A stretch of DNA of 64,000 bases, taken from the NCBI GenBank assembly GCA_964016885.1, contig OZ024745.1, forward strand, positions 109,678,001-109,742,000, written 5' to 3'. The DNA comes from Eledone cirrhosa (lineage: Eukaryota). The notes beneath the pieces are model-generated. The model made no database searches and was not told where the DNA came from. It worked only from the letters and a program-made list of their open reading frames with translations. Position numbers and translations under genes: made by a program. Positions 31,259 to 41,716 of the stretch are shown here, piece by piece. Within the stretch, counting starts at the first letter, position 1. Every line of letters begins with the position of its first letter.

Positions 31259-31797
31259 AACAGTACAAAAGCCTATTTTTCCCTGCTATCAAGGATTGGG
31301 TAGGTCATCAAAGATCAAGCCAAAACTTAATTGGAACCACTAATCTCTCAGATTGGACAAGACCTCATCTGGCTTTCATGCATTCCCTCACTCTTCAGAA
31401 TGCACCATGCAATTAAGGCACCAACACTAGTGGTGTCATCATGTCTTTGACACAACAAAGAGTTTTCTCAACCCTTTGCTTGTGTACTGGGTGCATTTTT
31501 GTGTGGCACCAGCACTTGGAAGGTTGTCAATCATTAACTCAAATGAAGAACCACCACTACTCTATGGTGTGGTGGGTGGATAAAATGGTATATTCATTAC
31601 AATTATTTTACTAAAAGATATATATCAAGAGATAATACTTCTAGTAATTCTCCTGTGTTAAAAAACAAAACAAACATATTCATCATTGCAAATGTTAAGA
31701 AGAGTCTAAAGATTAAGGGTATATCTCTTAATATATCTCTTACCTAAATAATTGTAATGAATATGTTTTTACAATAGAGTTATGTAGGTTATATATA

Positions 31798-31876
31798 CAG
31801 AGTATCGTCCCCAAAATAAATTCACACTTCAACACCATTCTAATAAATATGTGTATACATTTTGGAGGATACACTG
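31798..31876. mobile_element. Very short Tc1/mariner-type MITE
   Basis: TA-CAGAGTATCGTCCCCAAAA ... TTTTGGAGGATACACTG-TA; a related single end TACAGGGTGTCCCCCCAAAAATGTATAC lies at ~60313. Confidence 0.6.
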
Positions 31877-31969
31877 TATATTACAAACTATTTCCACAGA
31901 TTAAGTGCTCTACCACCTTTGGATATTCTATATATAAAACTACACTATATATATATTTATATGTACATG

Positions 31970-32168
31970 TAGGAAAAGAATCAGGATCCTGACGGCTGAG
32001 CTCCGGCCATTTTGACAGCTAGATCTGGGTTCGGATGTAGCTGTTAAATGGCCGGAGTTCAGCCATCAGGGTCCTGACTTTTTTCCTATTTCCCACTCTA
32101 CTACCCTAAGTATTGAGTACTCTGGTGCGTTATGGTCCGCCTGGTATCTTACCACACCCTCTTTGTTA
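31970..32168 (+). mobile_element. Diverged copy of the hairpin-plus-tail element
   Basis: Hairpin TAGGAAAAGAATCAGGATCCTGACGGCTGAGCTCCGGCC...GGCCGGAGTTCAGCCATCAGGGTCCTGACTTTTTTCCTA followed by the same CCCACTCTACTACCCTAAGTATTGAGTACTCTGGTGCGTTATGGTCC tail. Confidence 0.88.
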
Positions 32169-32697
32169 TATGTATATGTATATATGTGTATATATGTGTA
32201 TATATGTGTGTGTGTATGGATGTGTTTGTGTCCTTTATGCCCTGTAATTTAGCAATTCAATAAGACATCAATAAAATAAGTACCAGTGTTGGTATAATGA
32301 GTTAAAATTTTTCAAGGTGGTGCCCCAGCATGGTCAGTGTCTAAGGATTGAAAACAGTAAATGAATTTAAAACAAAAATGAATAAGAAAAGTTGTCAGTG
32401 GAATATTGTAGAGATTGATAGCATTGTGGTGGCACCAGGGTATTGTGGGAGCTTTGAAATATTTATTAGGGAGAGAGACATTTCAAAATATTTATCCTAA
32501 CAATAAGACAAAAACTATAAGTTATAAATGAGAGAAAACCAGAGTAACAATTCTATCATTTATCCACTATATGGTTATCACCATCATCACCTCATCTGTT
32601 AATACCACTGTCATAACTATCACCACCATAGTCACTCTCATCACTAACACCAGTTTGGGAAGGAAGCAAGCAATTTTATTTCCAGATTACACTGATT

Positions 32698-32711
32698 ATC
32701 GTCATCATCAC

Positions 32712-32743
<32 letters not shown>

Positions 32744-32858
32744 CCATCACCATCATCATCATCATCACCATCATCATCCTCATCTTTATTCTCATCATCA
32801 ATCATCATCATCGCTATCATCAACACTATCATCATCATCATCATCATCATCTTTGTTC

Positions 32859-32895
<37 letters not shown>

Positions 32896-32910
32896 ATCAT
32901 CATCATCATT

Positions 32911-32956
<46 letters not shown>

Positions 32957-33028
32957 CTATCATCACTATCATCGTCATCACCACCATCATCATCATCATC
33001 ATCATCATCACTATCATCACTATCATCG

Positions 33029-33061
<33 letters not shown>

Positions 33062-33105
33062 CCATCGCTGCCACCACTACCACTACAACCATCATCATCA
33101 TCATC

Positions 33106-33136
<31 letters not shown>

Positions 33137-33171
33137 CCATCACCATCATCATCACTATCATCATCATCACC

Positions 33172-33203
<32 letters not shown>

Positions 33204-33265
33204 CACCATCATCATCACCATCATCATCATTAACATCATCATCATCATCATCATCACTATCATCA
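32698..33265. repeat. (CAT)n microsatellite
   Basis: Directly visible; explains the poly-H/D/M ORFs. Confidence 0.97.
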
Positions 33266-33694
33266 ATTATCCTTGTCACAATCACAGCAAATAATAACCC
33301 CCTCATTATTATTATCGTTATCACTTAGGCAAAACAATGTTTGCTAGTTAATATTAATGTCATCAAGTAGAGTAGTAGACAGGCAGAATTGGTGTAGAGT
33401 CAGACAAAGTACTTTGTTAGTTAGATGTATTTTATTATAAACAAAGCAGTTGACTTCAGAAGCACTTTGGAAAATTTTAAATGACCATAAAAGTTGATCA
33501 CTATAAATAATAGTTGAGAACATCAAATAAAGTACCACCGGAGAGGTGGACTTGTATAAGAAATCAAAGTACATATTATATTACAATAAAATGCAATAGC
33601 CATCAAGTGTGAATATGTATTAATATATTTAGAGAATTTTCTAAGAATGCTACTTTCAATGAGTATCACTTATCTCCTCCTCATAATTTATAAT

Positions 33695-34090
33695 CCCTTT
33701 TGCATTTAAACCGGCTGTAACTGGATACTCATACTTATGTTAAGGTATTATTCTCAAAAGTAAAAGCATGTGGCTGATAGGTTAGAGAACTGGATTCACA
33801 ATCATGACGTTGTCCAGTTCGATTCCTGGACCAGGTGATGCATTATGTCCTTGAGCAAGGCACTTTATTTCATGTTGCTATTTCTACCTGGAGTTGCGAG
33901 CAATTGGAAAGACCAACGGAAACAGGAAACATTGTTTCCTTGGTCCGATTTGATGAAAGTCGATCGACAAATTTTTTTCTTTTTTCATCTCGAAATAAAT
34001 ATCATAACTCATACATTCAATATTATGTGAGGTAAAGTGTTTACCATGAAAATACAACAGTAAATAAAGAGTAATGTAAATGCTAAAGGG
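33695..34090. mobile_element. TTAA-type MITE, family B, with a nested CORE-like SINE (33766-33960)
   Basis: Ends CCCTTTTGCATTT / AAATGCTAAAGGG-TTAA. The nested SINE has GTGGCTGATAGG, GTTCGATTCC and CCTTGAGCAAGGCACTT. Confidence 0.7.
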
Positions 34091-34532
34091 TTAATTTTAC
34101 TCAGAGACAGACTTGGGCAGTTATCATTGTCTAGTTTGGTCATTTCCTTGCCTTTAAAATATTCCATCTATAAATAGAAAATTCTGTAAAAATACCTACA
34201 GTTTCACTGAATATTAAAGAAGAATTTTTGATAATTTTAGTTTTATTTAATTAGCTGATATTTTATTCATAGCTGGCTCATTTTAATCCATGTTTTAGCC
34301 CTTTCATTACCATATTTCTAATGAAAGATACTGCCTATGATATTCAGTGTTTTGAAAATATGCTTTTGCAGTCATGTCTGCAGAGCACAGCGCTAACACT
34401 GCCATGCCCTCAGCCCATCACTCTCCCTCTTCCCCTTCCCATTCTTCTGTGACCCTAGAGCCCTTTCTTTTCCCTTCATTTTCCGTTTTTAAATAACTGT
34501 AGTGTTGTTGTTATTTGAGATAGATTTGTTAA

Positions 34533-34749
34533 CCCTTTAGCATTTACATTACTCTATATTTACTATTGTATTTTCGTGGTAAAAACTTTACCTCATGTAA
34601 TTATCTCAGATAATATCAAATGTATGAGATTTTGATATTATTTATTTTGAGAACAATGCATTAACATATGAGTAGCAGATTATAGCCAGTTTGAACAGAA
34701 AGGAGTGAGAGAATTCTGGCCAGATATGGCCAGTTTAAATGCTATAAGG
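34533..34749. mobile_element. TTAA-type MITE, family B (opposite orientation)
   Basis: TTAA-CCCTTTAGCATTTA ... TAAATGCTATAAGG-TTAA. Confidence 0.75.
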
Positions 34750-34841
34750 TTAAAGATGTTTTTGATTTTTATTAATAAAATATATATAAAACGAATATCT
34801 AAATAAATAAACAATAAGGACTCATTATATATAAACCTGTA

Positions 34842-35028
34842 GGTGGATTGGCAGTATCGGTAGAGAGTCGGACGCCATGCTTTGACGCATAGAGTTACGA
34901 CCCTTGCCATTCTGAGTTCAAATCCCGCCGAGGTTTACTTTGCCTTTCATCCTTACGAGGTCGATAAAATAAAGTACCAGTAATGCACTGGGTAATTTGC
35001 TGGCCTTGTGCCTAAAGTAGAAACAATT
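34842..35028 (+). mobile_element. Full-length young Meta-like SINE with 18-bp TSD
   Basis: A/B boxes and core are intact; ATTATATATAAACCTGTA lies on both sides. Confidence 0.92.
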
Positions 35029-36016
35029 ATATATAAACCTGTAACTAAAACACGAATTCCGAGAGAGTTAGTAATACAACCAGCTTCCTCATTGTTAAGC
35101 TGGTGTTTAGAACATAACGTAACAAAAACTTTTATATAAAATAATGAGGAGAGATTTTTAGATAATTAGAACCACGGACAGTTGGTATCAAAGGATTAAG
35201 CTGAATGTTTATTGTCTCATTGCAGTCGGGTTGGTGGAACTTGAAAGAACAGATTTAGTTATCACTTCACCCGAAAACTTCTACAGTTGTTTAACATCAG
35301 CTAAGTTAAAACTTTAAAATCACAAATCAAATTGCATTTTGGTGCTACATTTGAGCAAGTAATCTAAAAGACCAGCCATGTCTAAAACTGAGATTCAGAA
35401 GATAAAGAAATATGGTTTCAGCTGACACATTAGATTAATCATATTATTAAATATAAAATTTAGCAATATTGTGATGACTGACACCTTTTTTCTCCATTCA
35501 GTTTACAAGCCGATTTCAGATTTTGCAGTCATTTACCTTAACCACTCAAATCACACCTTAATCTACCAATCAAACTTTCAAAATTTAGTTACATATCCAT
35601 TTATAAGTTGAAATCCAAATTTTTTTTATATTCATTTATTTGTTCCTAATATTTATCTAACATGTAATCACATTTAACACCTGCAATGAAGGTGGAATTT
35701 CTATCTTACACATCTTATCTCGTGATTATATCAATAATTTGTGGATGAATTAATTCAATGATAATATGTAGGGGGACAATACATATTTCTTTGATTGTGC
35801 AGAAGAAAAGAAAAACATATGGCAAAGATACTACAGAATCTTTTAACAATCTTTGCATAAACCATAGTTATAACATTAAACCAAAACACGTAATCATAAA
35901 TGATAAGTGAAACCATTTAAATAAAATAGTTATTGCAATTATTCCTCTTTTATATAAGAAGTGAGATTGCAGATACCTAAGTGTGAGAATCATGAATATG
36001 TTACATATTTAAATTA

Positions 36017-36085
36017 AATTTCTTCCAAAAATGTCCATAGCATTGCATCAATGATGCTATGCTGTGGACATTTTTGGAAGAAATT
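36017..36085. repeat. 69-bp near-perfect palindrome
   Basis: 34-bp arms AATTTCTTCCAAAAATGTCCATAGCATTGCATCA with 2 mismatches and a 1-nt loop. Confidence 0.92.
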
Positions 36086-36930
36086 ATAGCATCAATGCTA
36101 TTATAGCATCATTGATAACAAAGAAAGGAGTCTCAAATCCTTCACATATAACATCTTTACTGTCTTAAAATAATAAGAATCCAGTCATGTTCAAACTGGA
36201 AACTTAATCCTTTCAATACTATATTTCTAATGTAAGGTTTGAAAAATTTGGAGGGATTTACTAATACAACAATCTTTGTCACTGGTATTTGGACCATAAA
36301 TGTTCATCATCACAAACACTATCCTTACATAAAACTATGGTGGAAGGTTTTTTTTAGTTAAATATAAACCCTTTAAAATGAATAAAAAGAACTTTGAATC
36401 ATAGAGCCAAGGAAGGTTTCAGATTGTTTGGTATCAAAAATGTTTACAAGAAAATTATTTTTTAATAAATTTTTAACATATTTGGAGCAAGAGGTGTTTT
36501 ACTCAACAGAGTTACTTTCCCTTCGATGAATACATGAAATGCGAAAGACATCAAATTTACTAATTGCATTCTTGAAAGCTTTAATGCTTGCATGTCAAAG
36601 AGAAACAAAGCTGTTAAGCTGCCTCTCAAGGAACTTGATGAATTGACAATGAATAGTAGTATAAGGAAGATATTATATTATGATTGGCAGACTGGCATCA
36701 GTATAAATGTGGTGGCTTTGGATTCTAATAAATCACTGTAAATCATTAGAGGACTTCAATTTGCAACTAAATTTCTCTTACCATAGTAGCACAGTAAAAA
36801 GATTAAATGTCTAAAACTAACCCTAAATATGTGTATATTTGAATAAATACGCCTTTATACATAGGTATTATATGTGTATATATACACACACAATATATAT
36901 ATATATTAAGTAAGAATATTTTTTGTAAAT

Positions 36931-37082
36931 GGTAGCACAGTGGTCTGGATAACCAAAGATGTAGGTTCGACTCCCATGTACGTCAATACTCATCTTTTTC
37001 CATTTCTCCGAGGGTTCTTAACCCCACTATCAGGCTAAATAATTTCTTTAATTTCTTTAGTCAAAATACGGCGATAGCTTAC
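36931..37082 (+). mobile_element. tRNA-like-headed short element between (TA)n tracts
   Basis: TAGCACAGTGG (A-box-like) and GGTTCGACTCCC (B-box/T-loop-like); no complete cloverleaf. Confidence 0.4.
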
Positions 37083-37255
37083 ATATATATATATATATAT
37101 ATATGTATATACAGGCACATTTGTGTAGTTTCGTATTCAGTCTTACTGTGTGACATCTTGGGCAAGTGTCTTCTTATATAGCCACAGGTTGACCAATACT
37201 TCCGACCAAATTTCTGGCCTTGTTCCTAAATTAGAAACCATCTTCTTTATCATTA

Positions 37256-37684
37256 TTTTCATTTGAAAAGGAAAATCACGGGTGGAGAGGGAAGTGCTCC
37301 ATTCCAGCAATTTGTTGAAAGACGGGTGAGAGAGGCGAGCATGGCCCGAGTGAATGGGGCTGGTTTGAGTATGTGCCTGTAGATTGGAGGTGGAAAACTG
37401 GGAGAGGGCACTTGCCCTGGTGATCAGGGTCACCGAGGCTTTTTGTGGACTTTCTCCATGAGTGACCCTTGGAAGTCTCCCCCTATTGGGAAATTTCTTT
37501 TGTTTCATTTTTTTGTTTCTTCCTTTGTTGTTGTTTATTTTCTTTACATGCAGAAATGCTCCTAAGTACCGCCCTGTACCGCCCTGTACCGCCCTGTACC
37601 GCCCTGTACTGTCCTGTGCTGTCCTTAATGTTATACTTTATGTTAACTCTTATGGTTAATAAAGAAAGTATTATTATTATTATT
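37256..37684 (+). mobile_element. Tx1-clade LINE 3' fragment, copy 1
   Basis: Aligns to 39446-39830; ends GGTTAATAAAGAAAG(TAT)n; internal (CTGTACCGCC)x4 expansion. Confidence 0.88.
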
Positions 37685-37689
37685 GGTAG

Positions 37690-38110
37690 AGTGGTGGATT
37701 TGCAGAATCAGTAGACTGTTGGGCAACGTGCTTTGTGGCATATAGCTTTGTTCCTTTACAATCTGAGTTTATAAACTTTGCTTTTCATCCTTACAGTGTC
37801 AATAATATAAAGTACCAGTAAAGTACCGGAGGTTGAATTAAACAACTTTCCCCTTCCCCTAAAATTGCTGGCCTTTATTATTATCATTATAAAGGGCAGT
37901 GGTTTGGCATTATCGGTAGAGCATCAGATACCATACTTTGTAGCATAGAGTTATGGCCCTTTACGTTCTGAGTTCAAATCCACTGAGATTAACTTTGCCT
38001 TTCATCTTTACGGGGTTGATAAAATAAAGCACCAGTAATGTACTGGGGTCGATTTAATTGACTTTGTCTTTCATCCTTATGGAGGTGATAAAATAAAGTA
38101 CCAGTAATGC
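37690..38110 (+). mobile_element. Meta-like SINE copies between the Tx1 fragments
   Basis: A/B boxes and core motifs at 37690-37875 and 37895-38110. Confidence 0.8.
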
Positions 38111-38329
38111 AGGGTCACCGTGGCTTTTTTTTAATGGACTTTCTCCACGATGGCCCACGTGAAGTCTCCCCCCTATTGGGGAATTTTTCATTGTTCTTTT
38201 TTTGTTACTTCCTCTGTTTTTTGTTTTTTTACACGCAGAAATGCCCATTTGTACCATCCTGTATTGTCCTGTACTGTCCTCAATGACTACTTTGTGTAAA
38301 CCCTTGTGGTTAATAAAGAAAGTATTATT
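38110..38329 (+). mobile_element. Tx1-clade LINE 3'UTR fragment, copy 2
   Basis: Aligns to 39613-39830; same AATAAAGAAAG + ATT tail. Confidence 0.88.
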
Positions 38330-39864
38330 CGGCACCTGGAGAGGCAGGTCCATGCTGTCCAACGGCGTCATCGGGTGCTGGACGGACGGACCGGTTAAAT
38401 TGCTAGGGGTCTGGTTTTGGTCCGGACCTCCAGATGGACAAAAACTGAGATGAGGTGACGAGCAGGGTGGCTTCTCTCACCCAGAAATGGGCAGAGAGGA
38501 AGCTATCCCTGAAAGGTCGAGTGGAGGTGGCTAATGCATACATCGCGTCCATCATCTACTACCGCCTGACCATCGTAACTTGTCCTAAGCCCCGCCTGAC
38601 TGCGCTGGAGCATTTGCTCTTTCGCTTTTTGTGGAAGGGACGCACTCCGATGGTCAGGCGGTCCATCTGCTGTCAACACCTGCTACGTGGAGGGCTGGGC
38701 ATGTCGTGGCTGATGATGCGCAGACATGCGCTCAGGCTACGACATCTCCACCTCTTCCTCGACGGTGATCAGGTGTGGTTGCCGTTTGCTAGATGCGTTT
38801 TTCCCCAACTCATCTCCTCGGCGGAGTTGCAGTCCTGGGTCAAGCGAAGACCGAGAGGGAGCGCTTGGAGACTGGAATGTCTTCAGGCGCTCACAGCCCT
38901 CGACCAATCAGGCAATGTGATCGGTGGAAACTCTACCTTGGCGTTCTATAGAGGATTAGTGGAGGGGAAGAGCGACGACGTACCTGGAGAAACTCTAGGC
39001 GTCGACGAAAATCAACTAGCCAATCTCTTCGGAAGAACTTTCGGGCCGGGGCCTATGGACAACTTCCAGAAATCCCTGGCCTGGCAGTGCTACCAAGGAG
39101 CTTTGCCAGTTCGGGATAAACTCTACAGGCATGGAGAGTCGTCAGCCGGGCATGTCCGAGATGCGCACAGGGTGACGAAACCGTCCTGCACGCACTTGTC
39201 CAGTGTGCGAGCATTGCTGACTTGTGGGTTTATGTCGAACACCTGCTGTCATGGGTAGCACAGATCCAGCTATCAGGTGAGTCCATCGTGAGGATTGCCC
39301 TGCCCTCTTCCTTTACCCGGGAAGGGCAGGCAGTTTTTATCTGTCTGGTGGCCATGGCGAAAGAGATAGTATGGTGGACACGTTTGAAAGGGCTGAAGAC
39401 GAGCACTTACCTCTTCGGTGATGCCCTGATTAACTTTTTTCAAATTTCATTTGAAAAGGAAAATCAGAGTAGAGAGGGAAGTGCTCTCTTCCCAGCATTT
39501 TGTTGAAAGATGGGTGAGAGAGGCAAGAATGGCCCGAGTGAATGGGCCTACTCTGAGTATGTGTCTGTAAAGTAAAGGTGGAAAACTGAGAGAGGGCACT
39601 TGCCCTGGTGGTCAGGGTCACTGTGGCTTTTTAATGGCCTTTCTCCACGAATGTCCCTCGGAAGTCTCCCCCGTATTGGTGAATTTTTCATTGTTATTTT
39701 TTTGTTACATCCTCTGTTTTTGTTTTTACACGCAGAAATGCCCATTTGTACCATCCTGTATTGTCCTGTACTGTCCTTACTGTCTACTTTATGTAAACGC
39801 TTGTGGTTAATAAAGAAAGCATTATTATTTTTATTATTAGTATTATTATTATCATTATTATTAT
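38330..39864 (+). mobile_element. 5'-truncated Tx1/L1-clade non-LTR retrotransposon (ORF2 C-terminus with stop and frameshifts, 3'UTR, (ATT)n tail)
   Basis: VKLLGVWF..QKWAERKLSLKGRVEVANAYIASIIYY..FRFLWKGRTPMVRR..RGGLGM; then ALPVRDKL and, after a frameshift near 39135, the CCHC knuckle CPRCAQGDETVLHALVQC. These motifs are typical of Tx1 ORF2 downstream of the RT domain. Confidence 0.9.
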
Positions 39865-40193
39865 TCTGCTGTCTGGTGGTAGAGGTGGCTGCCGTGACAG
39901 CACTTTGTCAAAAACAGAGATTTGTTCTTGTGTTACAGTCCTGTTAATTGTCACTATGTCATAAATTGTATTGATATATATATATACACACACATGTGTG
40001 TATATATATATATACACACACACACATGTGTGTGTGTCTGTATCAATTTATATATTCTCTGTAAGAGCATGAAGCACACTTTTAAATGAAATGTGATAAC
40101 TGCCTGAACAGACCTATACATATTTTGATGTTTATATCTTTATCAGCTGATTTCTTTAGAAAAGAAATACATTAAAATGAATGTATATATATA

Positions 40194-40243
<50 letters not shown>

Positions 40244-40247
<4 letters not shown>

Positions 40248-40436
40248 GAAGGAAATGTGGTAAGGAACCAGATGGACCATAACGCCCCAAAGTACTCAAT
40301 ACTTAGGGTAGTAGAGTGGATAATAAGAACGAGTAGGACCCCGACGGCTGAGCTCAAGCCGTTTCGACGGCTAATTCTGGACTCCAGAATTAGCCGTCGA
40401 AACGGCTTGAGCTCAGCCGTCGGCGTCCTACTCATT

Positions 40437-40441
<5 letters not shown>
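40244..40441 (-). mobile_element. Hairpin-plus-tail element, minus orientation, in (TA)n
   Basis: Tail at 40244-40322; hairpin at 40323-40441 centred on CTGGA-C-TCCAG. Confidence 0.9.
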
Positions 40442-40471
<30 letters not shown>

Positions 40472-40903
40472 TATTTTGTTGATATACAATGTAAGTTATA
40501 TATTTTGCACTCAGCCTCACCGCTATGTCCGGGTCAGTATAAAATCTTTTCCTGGGTCCTGTATTTTCGTTGCTCTAGTGATGCGGCTGGACTGCCGACC
40601 GCTATATCTGATTTGCTAAGCTGTCTGAACGTAATATTATTACTCTGGGGTCTTTCCTCATCTGAGTGCTAAAGCTACAGACCGATTATGCTTATACGCT
40701 AGCTTGGCCGTATTCTAAAGCTTCGTCAATGCTGTACTAAAATTTATATATATATATATATATATATATATGTAGAAGTTATATTTAATTTGTTGGAATA
40801 CAACAAACAAATATTTTTATAACTGATATAAAGCACTCAACAAATTATTGGAGTAAAAATACAATATATTAACAAATGGAAACTATATTTATAAAACCAT
40901 ATT

Positions 40904-40968
40904 TATTTCATTATACTTATTTCAAGGACACCAAAGCAAATTATGGTGCACTTTCATCAGATAAAATA
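40904..40968 (-). ncRNA. Minimal type I hammerhead ribozyme motif (minus-strand arm)
   Basis: Mirror of 41031-41095: TATTTTAT CTGATGA AAG.GCACCA..TGGTGT.CTT GAAA T AAGT ATA ATGAAATA. Confidence 0.65.
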
Positions 40969-41030
40969 TAATATAGATCAGTTTTATAAACAAATATTGA
41001 CATATTTGTTTATAAAACTGATCTATATTA

Positions 41031-41095
41031 TATTTTATCTGATGAAAGCACACCATAATTTGCTTTGGTGTCCTTGAAATAAGTATAATGAAATA
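41031..41095 (+). ncRNA. Minimal type I hammerhead ribozyme motif (plus-strand arm)
   Basis: Stem I TATTTTAT/ATGAAATA (one G-U), CTGATGA 41039-45, stem II AAG-C-ACACCA/TGGTGT-C-CTT, GAAA 41076-79, 2-bp stem III, AUA triplet 41085-87. Confidence 0.65.
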
Positions 41096-41499
41096 AATAT
41101 GGTTTTATAAATATAGTTTCCATTTGTTAATATATTGTATATATATATATATATATACATGGTGGCTGCCAACTCGTTTTCAAGTACGGCCACTACTTTA
41201 TATCCATGTAGGAGAACCCCTACCGATGCGCTGAACGAGTGTGACTTTTTAGTCCAGCCAGCGACTTGAAAACTCTGGTACAAACACTACACTTGTGACA
41301 ATTATTGACACATAGTGCTGGGCCCATGGTACCATGTAACGACAAGTGCAGAGAGATCTCCAGATATAAAGCAATGCCTGTGCCGTGAAGCTTTTATAGT
41401 GAGCAAAGGCACTGCACAAAGCCAGTCCCACTCTCTTAACCAAGATGATATTTACCAAAAAGAAGAACAAGTCAACATCATTGGATACCATCAGGGTTG

Positions 41500-41716
41500 C
41501 AGGTGTTATATCAGAGTTTTCCTTCTCCTAGAATTCTGCCTTGACAAAGGCTAAGGGGTCATCTCTCCTGGTGATTTTGGATGGCCATTGACTCTTAAGA
41601 GCTCCTTTGCCCTTTGACAGGTTTTGTTTTTAGTCCTGCAGGATGTCCAAAGTCACCCTCCTCACCAAGAAACCTTGGTGGAGTTGCCAGTTTAGTCGCC
41701 AACGACCCGACCATGA
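41500..41716 (-). mobile_element. Possible RTE-type LINE 5'UTR fragment
   Basis: The minus strand has GGCAGAATTCTAGGAGAAGGAAAACTCTGA, resembling a motif I recall from RTE 5'UTRs, and is GC-richer than the flanks. Not confirmed. Confidence 0.35.

Larger units (their letters stand above)
40771..41140 (-). mobile_element. (TA)n-embedded element: 282-bp palindrome (40859-41140) plus ~90-bp unique tail; Penelope-like/retrozyme-type
   Basis: 139-bp arms with 2 mismatches and a TGAC loop at 40998-41001; each arm carries a hammerhead motif. Confidence 0.85.

Noticed and set aside
32571-33324. His-rich and Asp-rich ORFs
   Set aside because: (CAT)n microsatellite; no evidence of expression.
34842-34935. 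SINE heads as genuine tRNA genes
   Set aside because: A/B boxes are present, but there is no complete cloverleaf and they continue into the SINE core and tail.
38455-39258. 267-aa ORF as a host gene or active retrotransposon
   Set aside because: It is part of a 5'-truncated Tx1 ORF2 with an upstream stop and frameshifts, lacking EN and RT domains.
41640-41716. Possible HDV-like ribozyme at a putative RTE 5' end
   Set aside because: I could not assign the P1-P4 nested pseudoknot pairings by eye; an RNAMotif or Infernal search is needed.
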